Below, in pieces: positions 18,204 to 27,763 of a DNA stretch of 64,000 nucleotides. This DNA is from Thalassocella blandensis (GTDB taxonomy: Bacteria; Pseudomonadota; Gammaproteobacteria; Pseudomonadales; Cellvibrionaceae): contig CAMCXE010000001.1 of NCBI GenBank assembly GCA_945882995.1, forward strand, positions 2,084-66,083, given 5' to 3'. The first letter of the stretch is position 1. Every line of letters starts with the position of its first letter. Position numbers and translations under genes: made by a program. A model generated the notes under the pieces. That model worked only from the letters and a program-made list of their open reading frames with translations, searched no databases and was not told the origin of the DNA.

Positions 18204-18908
18204 CTATAAAAACTTTTTAAAGGTGCTGGCCGTGACATAAATCGCAAAACCCATCACAGTCATAATTGGCAGAAACACCAGGGCCGGATGAATGGTGATG
18301 GGCAGCGTTAAATAAAAACCAAAACTGAGCGCAATACTGGGAAAAATCAGCCGTTTGGCGTGGTGGTAACGCATAGCTGACTCATTACCGCCACAGGCTT
18401 TGCGAATATCCCGCTCCGTTAAGCCATCCACCAATGCCACTATGGCCACCAGCACAAAACCCGTAATCGCGCTGACACACACCGCCAGCCGCACGGCAAA
18501 AATAAATACCGTATCAATGGCCGATTCCAAACCATAACCAATCAGGGAAAACACCCAAGAGCTAGAGCGGGTAAACCCTTCGGAAATCGCTTGTAAGCGG
18601 GTAACTTCCATCCAATGCTGGGTGTGGCCCATAAAAATGTCCGCAATTTCTCCGGGGTAAAGCCCCGTTAATAGATTGCGATTAAAGCTGCTGAGATATT
18701 TCAACTCTGCTTCCAGCATGATTTTTGAGTGGGTGTGATCCCACCAGAAATACATGCCGACCCACTCAATCAGAATGGAGATAAATACCGCGCTAATACT
18801 CCACCAGATAAACGTGAAAAAATTGCCCAGGGTAAGCCCCACAAAATGCTCCCACACCCCAGCCTTGCGGTGGCGCGGATGGCGCGTAGAGGTTTTAGCC
18901 GTGCTCAT
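18204..18908 (-). CDS. ICE membrane protein (PFL_4697 / TIGR03747-like)
   Basis: 234 aa, 4-5 TM helices. Start overlaps the traD stop (18905-18908). Confidence 0.5.
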   Translation of the reverse strand: MSTAKTSTRHPRHRKAGVWEHFVGLTLGNFFTFIWWSISAVFISILIEWVGMYFWWDHTHSKIMLEAELKYLSSFNRNLLTGLYPGEIADIFMGHTQHWMEVTRLQAISEGFTRSSSWVFSLIGYGLESAIDTVFIFAVRLAVCVSAITGFVLVAIVALVDGLTERDIRKACGGNESAMRYHHAKRLIFPSIALSFGFYLTLPITIHPALVFLPIMTVMGFAIYVTASTFKKFL

Positions 18909-21022
18909 AGCGTCACCTTCAGCTGCACATCGGGAATGCGGAACCAGTTTTCATTGGTGGATGCCGTGGAGTAGCGCTTTTTCATGTCTGTGTAGAGAAA
19001 ATCGAGATTGGCGGGCAATTCCGATTCATTGCTAAATAACGGCATACGGATTTTGAAGAGCTTGCCACCGAGATAGCCAAAGGCTTGACCTTTGGGCAGG
19101 CGGGTTAAATCGCCTGCGCTGATCATGGGCACCCGCTGCGTGGTGATTTGTTGCTGGGTACCCGAGGTAAAATCAGTGCTGGTGTCTGGATTTACATCGT
19201 CCTGCGCAGACGAACGTGACATCAGGTGATTAATTTCAACATCCGGCAAAAGATCAGTAAGCAGCTCGGCGGTCTTTTTTTCTTTAACGCGCAGCATGAT
19301 CAAATTGCCGAGGTTGCCAATTACCTGCCCGGCTTTAGCGGCACTACCAAACCGCGCTTCAATATCACTCAGGGTTTGGGTGTACACCGTAAGCTGAAAA
19401 CCGGCACCACCGGCTTTGTTGGCCATGGGCACAAATTCTTTGCCTACCAATTCGTTAAACTCATCGGCATGGACACAAATTTTGCGCTTGGTAGCTAGCG
19501 CGGCCAGTTCATCGGGCAAGCCGGAATTCACACCATGTTTATAAATTTCACCGGCGCGACTGGTTAAATCCGAAAACATTGAAGCTCCCACGGCCTGGGA
19601 AACTTCCGCATCGGATAAAGCATCAAGGCCTACATACACAATGCCACCGGTACGAATCACTGTGTCCCAATCAAAAATTGGGCGCTTGTCGGTGAGATCG
19701 AAGTAATCCGGCGAGAGCAATTCACCCGCAGGGCCGGAGGTGAGTTTTTCCAGCAAGGGAAACAAGCTGGCCACCAATTTGTCGTAAAAACTTTTTTCGT
19801 ATTCAAAAGTTTTAATCAGTGCGCCTGCGGTGGGGTCGGTGAGGTTGACCTGTTTGTATATTTGCACCAGTGCCAGCGCATATTTATCGCGGGAGGCTTG
19901 GGTTTTGTCGGGCTTAATGATTTCGCGCAATTGGTCGGCGGTTTGGCGCCAGTTGTGAATACCCGCCATCACTAAGGGTTTTTCACTAGCGGGCTGATCC
20001 AAAATAAACGCTAAATACTCGGATAACAGCGGGTCAATGTCACCGCCATAGCGCAGCAAGTTTTCATAAGTAATGGTTTTACCAATACTCATCAGCGCTT
20101 TGCTCATCACATTCACATAGCGCCAAGTAAATTCGCGGAAGGCCGCTGACGAACCCTCACCCGGCAATTGCGAGGCCACCCGTGACGCAGGCTCAGTAAT
20201 GCGCCCAAAGCTGCCTACCGGGTTATAGCGGGCTGATACAGCGGGATAACCCAGGTGAAAACAATAAAATTGGTGTAAACGTCCAGCCTTTTTGGCCTCA
20301 ACGTACATGCGCTTTAATAAATCGGCGTCACCCTTGGGATCAAACGTAATCACAATGTCCCCATTGTGAATGTCTTGGGTTATGGCCACTTCCGCCAAGC
20401 GTGTTTTACCTACGCGGGTAGTGCCCACCACAAAGGTATGCGCCACGCGCTCGGCTTGTTTAATTGTGGTGTTACTCTCCCCTTCCCATAAACCCACCGC
20501 ATGAATGGCGGCAACACCTTCGGTATAGGGAATAGGCGCAACCGGATTCCACCAGGCTTTTTGGCCAGTAACGCGGGTCATCCAGTGGAGACCAGCCTTG
20601 GTCATCAAGACTTCGGTTTGACGCGCTAGGCGATAACCTAATTGCCTGGGGCGGTCTTTGTGATAATCGAATTCTTGGCGATCAATATCCGCCCGGCGCT
20701 GCGTGTGACGCACCCGCCACTCGAATCCACGCCCTAAAAACAGATCGGTTTTGCTCACGGGAATATCATGCGAGCTGATTCTGTATTCAGGCAATACATG
20801 CAATTCGTATTGGTATTTCAATAGACGGCAGGCGTCATACAAACGCACCCCACCGCGCACCAACAATCCCGCCACCACACCATAGGTCAGCGAAGGTGTA
20901 CTTAATGCCCCCATGCTGATACTCGGGCTTAATCCCACCAACACTGCCGCACAGCCATAGCCGATTGCGCAAGGCATCTCGACGGGCGGTCGCAGCAATT
21001 GTTGTATCGGGTATTTGCTCAT
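18905..21022 (-). CDS. traD: Conjugative coupling protein TraD (type IV coupling protein, PFGI-1/TOL class)
   Basis: 705 aa, two N-terminal TM helices, Walker A motif VVGTTRVGKTR, Walker B-like CVHADEFNE. First gene of the minus-strand transfer operon. Confidence 0.85.
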   Translation of the reverse strand: MSKYPIQQLLRPPVEMPCAIGYGCAAVLVGLSPSISMGALSTPSLTYGVVAGLLVRGGVRLYDACRLLKYQYELHVLPEYRISSHDIPVSKTDLFLGRGFEWRVRHTQRRADIDRQEFDYHKDRPRQLGYRLARQTEVLMTKAGLHWMTRVTGQKAWWNPVAPIPYTEGVAAIHAVGLWEGESNTTIKQAERVAHTFVVGTTRVGKTRLAEVAITQDIHNGDIVITFDPKGDADLLKRMYVEAKKAGRLHQFYCFHLGYPAVSARYNPVGSFGRITEPASRVASQLPGEGSSAAFREFTWRYVNVMSKALMSIGKTITYENLLRYGGDIDPLLSEYLAFILDQPASEKPLVMAGIHNWRQTADQLREIIKPDKTQASRDKYALALVQIYKQVNLTDPTAGALIKTFEYEKSFYDKLVASLFPLLEKLTSGPAGELLSPDYFDLTDKRPIFDWDTVIRTGGIVYVGLDALSDAEVSQAVGASMFSDLTSRAGEIYKHGVNSGLPDELAALATKRKICVHADEFNELVGKEFVPMANKAGGAGFQLTVYTQTLSDIEARFGSAAKAGQVIGNLGNLIMLRVKEKKTAELLTDLLPDVEINHLMSRSSAQDDVNPDTSTDFTSGTQQQITTQRVPMISAGDLTRLPKGQAFGYLGGKLFKIRMPLFSNESELPANLDFLYTDMKKRYSTASTNENWFRIPDVQLKVTL

Positions 21023-21280
21023 CGGTCATAGCGCGCAGTGGACGGGTTAACCAGATACTAGAGCCATCACCGGCGGTATTCAGCAAACAAACCGCACTGG
21101 CCGTGTGCAATTTAATCGCTGCAAAAAAGGCCAAAAACAGCAACACTAAAAACACACCAACCAAACCACTGCAAAACCGAATGGTAAATGGGGCTTATCC
21201 ACCCCAAAAATTTTGCCCCCCATCTTTAAAGACGATGGAGGGCAAAATTCTAAAAAGGCTAAAAGTTAAAGGACTGATAA

Positions 21281-21336
21281 GGGGTAAAAATAACCAAGGG
21301 GGAAAGGGTATTAAGGGCATAAAGGGCGCAAAGGGT
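21281..21336 (+). repeat. Purine-rich block of AAGGG motifs, four of them at exact 9-nt spacing
   Basis: GGG runs at 21281, 21298, 21306, 21315, 21324 and 21333. The last four are exactly 9 nt apart (GAAAGGGTATTAAGGGCATAAAGGGCGCAAAGGGTG). Lies in the divergent intergenic region between the traD and relaxase operons. Confidence 0.8.
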
Positions 21337-21437
21337 GAAAACCCAAAAGGCAGTGCAAAAAGGTTAACATCACAACAAAACGGCGCCAGAGCTAAGCCAG
21401 AGCCAAACCGCCACCCCAACACACAAGAGGCCACCCT

Positions 21438-21878
21438 ATGACCGATACCGCTACCTACCCATCGCACACACTAAACACCAACCAATTCGACGCCAGCCTT
21501 CAGGCGGTGTTAATTACCCTGAACAAAACCGAATGGCTAGCGCCACTCACGCGCATTGCCCGCAATTTTGATGGGGTACCGCCACTGGGTGACATACCCA
21601 TTGATATAGAGATGATCAGCATGCTGTGGTCGCTGGTGGAATCCTATAAAACCGACCCAGATTTGCCCCACGAAACCCTGGCTGCCATCCGTTTTTGCAA
21701 ACTCCTCAATTTCACTGTGCGCGCCAGCCATCCCATCCCCGGCGGCCATAGTTTTTGGAATCCGCTGGAGCAAAGTTTTGCCAGCTTCAAAACGCCCGTC
21801 ACCCGCCTGAGCCAGTCCGGTGACGCCTATCCGCCGGAAGATATTATTAAGCGTTGGGCGCGGGATAATCTGCTGTAA
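21438..21878 (+). CDS. Hypothetical protein, first gene of the relaxase operon (possible relaxosome accessory protein)
   Basis: 146 aa ORF ending 8 nt before the relaxase ATG. No recognisable motif; the role is inferred from position only. Confidence 0.45.
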   Translation: MTDTATYPSHTLNTNQFDASLQAVLITLNKTEWLAPLTRIARNFDGVPPLGDIPIDIEMISMLWSLVESYKTDPDLPHETLAAIRFCKLLNFTVRASHPIPGGHSFWNPLEQSFASFKTPVTRLSQSGDAYPPEDIIKRWARDNLL

Positions 21879-21885
21879 TCTCGCC

Positions 21886-24252
21886 ATGAGTAAAAACACC
21901 CTCCTGCGCGATTTACGCGAACGCCTAGGCAAACTGACAGCCAATAGCGTCGCCACGACGAAAGCCAGCGATGAACCATCCTCGGTGATCCAGGATTTAC
22001 ACGCACTGCCCATTCTCCGCGCTAGCGCCTTACTTGAACGCTTCGGCATTGCCGCCACACTAGACGCATGGCGCACCTTGGCGGGCTTGGACGATAGCGT
22101 TTTCAATGCGCTCATCCAAGACCCTTTCTACCGCTATGCCGAAGCGGTACAGATGGCCCCCGCGTCCGAATCGCACCACCATGCGGGACCGGGCGGCTTA
22201 TTGCTGCACACCTATGATGTGATCACCCTAGCCCTGCAGAAACGGCGCGGCCTGCAATTGCCCATCGGCGGCACCCTGGAGCAAATTGGCAAGCAGCGCC
22301 ACCTGTGGACCTATGCGGTTTTTGCGGGTTGCCTGCTCCACGATATTGGCAAGCTCATGTCCAGTATCCGCATTACCGCCAAAACCAAAACCGGCGATGA
22401 GCGGCCCTGGTCACCCCAAGATGTTCCGCTGCCCGAACAAAAAGATGTGGTGTCTTACCGCATTGAGTTTGTGAAAACACCCTATTCCTACCACGCTCAG
22501 GTGGCCCTGTGTAATTTTGACCTACTACCTCAGAATGGCCGGGCTTGGCTGGCCCGCAACACCCTGATCATGATGCAGCTCTGCGCCCATTTACGCGGCG
22601 ACCGCTACGAAAGCGGCGCACTGGGTGAAATTGTGGAGTCTGCTGATATGACCTCCACCGCCATGAACCTGAAAAAACCCATCCCGCAACGCTTTAGCCA
22701 CGCACCCAGCGTCATCGAGCGGTTTATTCACATCATCCGCCACTGGATTGCAGAGGGCGATATTAAGCTCAACGTGAATGGCGGCATGGGCTGGGTAGGC
22801 AAAGACGGCTATGTGTATATCGTCTGCCGGACACTGGCCAATAAACTTATTGGCTACTGCGACGATATGGCCATTACCGACCTGCCACGCGATCCCGTAA
22901 GAATTTATGACATCCTCCAAGAACACGACTTGGCGCAGTCCACCCCGGATAACAAAGCTATCTGGAACATGAAAATTAGCAGCCTCGACCCCGAGTACAC
23001 CCATTACCTCACCTGCCTGAAATTTGAAATGCGGCGCTTGTGTGTACCCACCCGAATCCCGGCCGCATTTAAAGGTGAGATCGAAGTGGTGGAAGCGGGT
23101 ACCGCGACAAAGAAAGCAAGCCCACCAACCACTGGAAAACCCAGCGAGGACGCTGCAAACACCCCAACAGAAACACAGGAAACCGCATCCACACAGGATG
23201 CTGAATCAAATGGGGGGCAGGCAAAAACTCAGGAAGCTGCGCCGAAAGGCGCTGAAGAAAAAACACAAAAATCTGCACCGCTAGGTGCAGCAGAAAAAAC
23301 ACCGGAAGCAGAAGCCAACCCGGCGCTCGCCATACTCAAGGCCGCTGCGAACAAGCGCCGGGGTAAAAACACACAGGAATCTGCACCGAAAGGTGCGGAA
23401 GAAAAAACACTGGAACCTGCGCCGAAAGGCGCTGAAGAAAAAATACAAGCACCTGAAACCCACACGCAGGAAGCTGCGAAACAACAGGACGCTGCAAAAA
23501 AATCCCCCCCAGCACCCGCGCAGCGGGATAACAACACAGCGGATACTGAGGTATCCAGCGAGGACGCTGAAGAAACGACAATCGAGGAAACTGCACCGGT
23601 ATTTCGGGACGACATTGAGGAGCCCGCACCCTATCGGGCACCTGACGAAAAAACTCAGGAACCTGCGCCGAAAGGCGCTGAAGAAACACCGGAAGCTGCG
23701 CAGAAGGCGCAGGAGGATGAAAAAAATTCACTAGCCGCAAAAAACCAGACACATGAAGCTGGCGAGGATGTGGAAAAGCCCAAGGAAGCTGCGAAGAAAT
23801 ATTCCCGCTACACCGTATCCGGCGAGCCGCTACCGGAAAAACTCACCATGGAGAACAAGCAACTGGCTCACTTTTTTATACCCTGGTTACGCGCCAACAT
23901 GAAAAACAAAACCATGGCCATGAGCGCCCCTGGTGCTCAAATCCATTTTGTGGAGGCCGGCGTTTTTTTGGTGGCACCAGCGATTATGAAATCATTTTTA
24001 TCTGTACATGGGATGGACGGGGAGGTTCATCACGCCACCTTTAGCAAGCGGTTCGCTCGACTACATATACATATTAAATGCCCACCGCTAGGCATCAACG
24101 TACACCAATATTTCACTGTGAATAGCAAGGGCACGACGACAAAGCCATTAACTGGATGGATAGTGCCATACAGCCTCTTCTTTGATGCGGGCGAGACACT
24201 ACCAACCCCCAACCCACACCTAAAAAAGACGGTAACACTGGGTCAAAAATAA
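21886..24252 (+). CDS. traI: MOBH-family conjugative relaxase TraI (HD domain)
   Basis: SESHHHAGPGGLLLHTYDV and CLLHDIGK HD-domain signatures typical of PFGI-1/SXT-class relaxases. Start placed at ATG 21886 (MSKNTLLRDL). Contains an acidic Lys/Glu repeat linker at 23140-23700. Confidence 0.8.
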   Translation: MSKNTLLRDLRERLGKLTANSVATTKASDEPSSVIQDLHALPILRASALLERFGIAATLDAWRTLAGLDDSVFNALIQDPFYRYAEAVQMAPASESHHHAGPGGLLLHTYDVITLALQKRRGLQLPIGGTLEQIGKQRHLWTYAVFAGCLLHDIGKLMSSIRITAKTKTGDERPWSPQDVPLPEQKDVVSYRIEFVKTPYSYHAQVALCNFDLLPQNGRAWLARNTLIMMQLCAHLRGDRYESGALGEIVESADMTSTAMNLKKPIPQRFSHAPSVIERFIHIIRHWIAEGDIKLNVNGGMGWVGKDGYVYIVCRTLANKLIGYCDDMAITDLPRDPVRIYDILQEHDLAQSTPDNKAIWNMKISSLDPEYTHYLTCLKFEMRRLCVPTRIPAAFKGEIEVVEAGTATKKASPPTTGKPSEDAANTPTETQETASTQDAESNGGQAKTQEAAPKGAEEKTQKSAPLGAAEKTPEAEANPALAILKAAANKRRGKNTQESAPKGAEEKTLEPAPKGAEEKIQAPETHTQEAAKQQDAAKKSPPAPAQRDNNTADTEVSSEDAEETTIEETAPVFRDDIEEPAPYRAPDEKTQEPAPKGAEETPEAAQKAQEDEKNSLAAKNQTHEAGEDVEKPKEAAKKYSRYTVSGEPLPEKLTMENKQLAHFFIPWLRANMKNKTMAMSAPGAQIHFVEAGVFLVAPAIMKSFLSVHGMDGEVHHATFSKRFARLHIHIKCPPLGINVHQYFTVNSKGTTTKPLTGWIVPYSLFFDAGETLPTPNPHLKKTVTLGQK

Positions 24253-24273
24253 CTCATATTCGCCCCTAAAACC

Positions 24274-24302
24274 TTGACACCCGGCGTTGCGTAGCGTAAA
24301 AC
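24274..24302 (+). promoter_or_regulatory. Possible sigma70 promoter upstream of parA
   Basis: TTGACA (24274-24279), a 17-nt spacer, then TAAAAC (24297-24302). About 215 nt upstream of the parA ATG. Weak -10. Confidence 0.3.
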
Positions 24303-24519
24303 TTAGATGTGTTTTCGAATTATAAACGTTCGATAACCAGCGTGGCCTGAATTGTGATAGCGCAGGCGGGTTTAAAAAAGGACTTACTTATTGGCAGATT
24401 GCGCGGTGTTTAGCGCCTACAGACATGTAGGTAGAGCTTAAACCTGACCGCCAACCTCCATTAACCCACCGACATAGCACCAATTCCGGTCTCCAAAACA
24501 CCAACTGGGGGCTACAAAA

Positions 24520-25464
24520 ATGTCAAAAATAATCGGAGTCATTTGCACCAAAGGTGGGGTCGGTAAGACCACCACTACCGCTAACCTCGGCGCTATATTG
24601 GCCGATATGAAACAGCGCGTTTTGTTAATAGACGCAGATCCACAACAATCGCTATCGAGACTGTTTGAGATCCCCGCCCACACGAACGACGCTGATCCAC
24701 AACAAGCACTATCGCGGCCGTTCGAGATCGTAGCCCTCGCGAACTTTGGCTTGTCGCAACTCTACAAGTCCGCCAATCCCGCGCAGTGCATTTCCAAAAC
24801 CGGCATTTCAGGGCTGGATATTGTGCTCAATGACGATCCCAGCAGCGACGGCATCATCCCCGCATTTTTGCGGGAGTCATTTACGCACATTCAACACTTG
24901 AGGATTGCGCTCACTGCGCTTGAGGAACAGTACGACTACATACTGATTGACACCCAAGGCGCGAAGGGTATGGTCCAGGAATCGGTGATTTTTGCTGCCG
25001 ACACACTGATCTCACCCATTCAGCCCAAAATTTTAGACACCAGGGAGTTTATCTGCGGGACCGTGGAGCTGGTCAACAAATTCAAGCCTCGCCCCGGCTA
25101 TAACACCATCACTGGACGCCCACTGCCGCCAATCAAGGTGCTGGTGAATATGTGGGATCGCACACTAAACAGCCAAGAAATTCTGCGCGTATTGCGTAGC
25201 CAGTTTGATCGGGAAACCGATGGTGCCATTACCGTACTCAACACCGTGATACCCGACCTATCGGTATACAGCGCCAGTTCCGGCAAAGGCCAACCCGCGC
25301 ACCGCGCTGAAGTGGCTCGCCGTGGCCCTACCCTACCCGCTTGCGACCTGATGATGAATCTGGTTCACGAGCTAGAGCCAAAGCTGTCCGATATAAAGCC
25401 AGACTGGCCGGGCAAGACCCGCGCACCAGCGGCGCTTGAGAGTGTGACCGGAGGTGCGCAATGA
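24520..25464 (+). CDS. parA: ParA/Soj-family partition ATPase
   Basis: Deviant Walker A motif CTKGGVGKTTTTANLG and IDADPQQS motif. Contains an internal 57-nt imperfect duplication. Confidence 0.9.
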   Translation: MSKIIGVICTKGGVGKTTTTANLGAILADMKQRVLLIDADPQQSLSRLFEIPAHTNDADPQQALSRPFEIVALANFGLSQLYKSANPAQCISKTGISGLDIVLNDDPSSDGIIPAFLRESFTHIQHLRIALTALEEQYDYILIDTQGAKGMVQESVIFAADTLISPIQPKILDTREFICGTVELVNKFKPRPGYNTITGRPLPPIKVLVNMWDRTLNSQEILRVLRSQFDRETDGAITVLNTVIPDLSVYSASSGKGQPAHRAEVARRGPTLPACDLMMNLVHELEPKLSDIKPDWPGKTRAPAALESVTGGAQ

Positions 25465-27164
25465 GCACCAACGATATGTCTAACCTTTTAAACCGGCCGC
25501 ACATCAGTGCTATGGGTGGCGCAACCAACGCAATACCGCCAGACCCAGCCGTTAAGACCCGTATTCGCGTCACGCTGGATAATTTGGTGCCATTTCACGA
25601 CAACCCACGCCAAAGCCGCAACCCAAACTACGAAGAGATTAAAGAGTCGATTCGCAATGCGGGCTTGCTTAACGCCCCCAACGTCACCCGCAAAAGCCCG
25701 GACCAGCAGTACATGATTAGGGACGGCGGAAACACCCGCTTGGAGATTCTTAACGAGTTATGGAGTGAAACCGGAGATCGCCGGTATTTTGAGTTCGACT
25801 GCGATTTTTACCCCTATCAAGATGAATTAACCATGCTGCTTCAGCACTGCATTGAGAATGAAATGCGGGGCGGGATGATTTTGATCGAAAGGGGGATGGG
25901 GGCTTCTAAGGCTAAGCAGCAACTGGAGCTGACGGAAGGGCCTCTTTCCAATGTTGCATTAGCCAAAAAACTGAAAACGTTAGGATGGTCAATCAACGAC
26001 CGTAGTCTCGGTATCGCGCTGTATGCTGTAGAAAAACTACTACCAACAATTCCTATCGCATTATGGGAAGGATTGGGAATTGACTCTGTAAGTAAGCTCC
26101 GCAAAATTATCGACGATTGCGGAACCTATTGGGTATCACTGGCAACTCTCGCCGCCAAAGATGAGGCAGAAATTGAATTTGAGGATATTTGGCAATCCGT
26201 TTTTGCAGCACTGGATAGTGAGTATTTTGACGTAGAAACCGCCCGCGACAATCTTGAGGCCGAGATTGCCGAGCGTATCGAATGCCCGCTGATGTCAGTG
26301 CGCGGCGAGATTCAAATGATCAGTAAAGGCTTATCGCAAGGCGGTAATAAGCCTACCAGCCTATTAACCGGTAGGGTTGATTCAGGTTTACCGGCGGCGC
26401 CCGCCACCTCCGCACCACCTAGGCCATCCAGTGCTCCACTTCAGCCCGCCACTTCCATTTTGGGTAGCGGCGGAGCTAGAGCCAACGAATCCGCACCAGC
26501 ACCAATGGCCGCAAAATCGCACCTCGGGCGTGGCGAACAGCCAGCGTATGAAGCGCCTGAGTACAAGCAGGAATTTCCGGGTAACAACTATCACGACCAC
26601 GACGAGGAGGGTGCGCAGGATGTGGTTTCTCAAATCCAACAGCCGCAAGCACCAAGTCAACCGCTAGCGACTGGTAATCCTTATCAATACACACCCACAG
26701 CACAACTGCAAGGCCGCGCCTATGAATTAGCCAAGCAGCTGGCCGAACACTACTGGTTTTCTGACTTACTGATTGATCCGAATGCAATTGGTTACGATCA
26801 GTTCCATATGGGATTTTTAATCGACAGGCCCAGCACCGCCCAACACAATGCAGATATGGCCTTTGAAGCCGGTAAGTTATCCGGACTGTACCAACACCTC
26901 TATTTTCTATCGGCATTACCCGCCACTATCAAACCTAATCTCATGAATAAATGGATGCAAACCGACTGGTTTAACGACTGGAAGAGTCCTGAACGCTCCG
27001 ATGTGCGCACCCTGAAGTTTTGGGTTGACCGCCTATTGATAACGGCCAGACCCTTTTCTTCGACCGGCGAGAGTTCTGACGAGTCCATAGCAATCGAAGC
27101 AATAACTTTAAGGTTATTGCGGGAGCTGGAGCCGATCATCGGCGAATTATCCCAGCGTTGCTAG
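25461..27164 (+). CDS. parB: ParB-like nuclease-domain protein (ICE PFGI-1-class ParB family)
   Basis: N-terminal ParB box region LVPFHDNPRQSRNPNYEEIKESIRNAGLLNAPNVTR...IRDGGNTRLEIL. Start overlaps the parA stop (ATGA). Confidence 0.7.
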   Translation: MSTNDMSNLLNRPHISAMGGATNAIPPDPAVKTRIRVTLDNLVPFHDNPRQSRNPNYEEIKESIRNAGLLNAPNVTRKSPDQQYMIRDGGNTRLEILNELWSETGDRRYFEFDCDFYPYQDELTMLLQHCIENEMRGGMILIERGMGASKAKQQLELTEGPLSNVALAKKLKTLGWSINDRSLGIALYAVEKLLPTIPIALWEGLGIDSVSKLRKIIDDCGTYWVSLATLAAKDEAEIEFEDIWQSVFAALDSEYFDVETARDNLEAEIAERIECPLMSVRGEIQMISKGLSQGGNKPTSLLTGRVDSGLPAAPATSAPPRPSSAPLQPATSILGSGGARANESAPAPMAAKSHLGRGEQPAYEAPEYKQEFPGNNYHDHDEEGAQDVVSQIQQPQAPSQPLATGNPYQYTPTAQLQGRAYELAKQLAEHYWFSDLLIDPNAIGYDQFHMGFLIDRPSTAQHNADMAFEAGKLSGLYQHLYFLSALPATIKPNLMNKWMQTDWFNDWKSPERSDVRTLKFWVDRLLITARPFSSTGESSDESIAIEAITLRLLRELEPIIGELSQRC

Positions 27165-27201
27165 GCCCAAAACCATTCATTTATGCAGGAGATAGGATTT
27201 T

Positions 27202-27747
27202 ATGCGTACAAACATGATCAATGGGCTGAATCGTGAAGCCCTGCTACTCTCGGTATCGGCATTAAAAAATGACGACACTCACTTAATCAACGAACTAGGC
27301 TTGCAACACCTTAGCGAAGGGGTAAGGCTCAAGATTGCCAAGCTGAGCTTACACCAAGTGTTGGTGGCCGCCGATTTTAGGGGGGCTCTTGCAGAGGTCA
27401 AAATCGTCCCGCGCCAGATGGAGTATTTTATCAACATGGCCACCAGTAAGTCAGAGGAAGACGCCATGATTGACGAGGCGATTGCCAGCGGTATGCGCCA
27501 GCCAGTACTTCAAGAGCTTAAAGGCACCACCCGCCGCGAGTACACCGCACGTCGCACCAAACTCAAGCTGCCAGAAAACCCTCGGGGTCGTATCGAAAAT
27601 CTCAGTGAAGATGATGAGCTGATAGTGCTCCGTAGTTGGCGCAAACACGCCGACATTAGTGACCCATTAGCGCGCTACCTGGCCGTGCATCATGAAACCG
27701 GCATCGGGTTGGATAGAGCCTACTTGGCCATCAACCAAACAAACTAG
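27202..27747 (+). CDS. Hypothetical ICE-conserved protein (DUF2857-like by position and size)
   Basis: 181 aa following parB, as in SPI-7/PAPI-1-type islands. The family assignment is from memory only. Confidence 0.4.
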   Translation: MRTNMINGLNREALLLSVSALKNDDTHLINELGLQHLSEGVRLKIAKLSLHQVLVAADFRGALAEVKIVPRQMEYFINMATSKSEEDAMIDEAIASGMRQPVLQELKGTTRREYTARRTKLKLPENPRGRIENLSEDDELIVLRSWRKHADISDPLARYLAVHHETGIGLDRAYLAINQTN

Positions 27748-27763
27748 CGGGGAATAATCAGTT

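Noticed and set aside
20835-21164. 109-aa minus-strand ORF with a hydrophobic N-terminus upstream of traD
   Set aside because: It would overlap traD by 188 nt in another frame. A short membrane peptide cannot be excluded, but there is no in-frame stop before traD, so I do not call it.
20965-21441. 158-aa plus-strand ORF containing KGIKGIKGAKG
   Set aside because: The repetitive peptide is just the translation of the 9-nt periodic AAGGG DNA repeat. The ORF begins antisense inside traD and has no SD. It is treated as non-coding repeat DNA.
23004-23752. Cluster of alternative-frame ORFs on both strands inside the relaxase gene (62-149 aa, very Arg/Lys/Pro- or Phe/Leu-rich)
   Set aside because: They coincide with the repetitive GAAGAAAAAAC-type linker of traI. 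Their extreme composition is typical of out-of-frame translation of a repeat.
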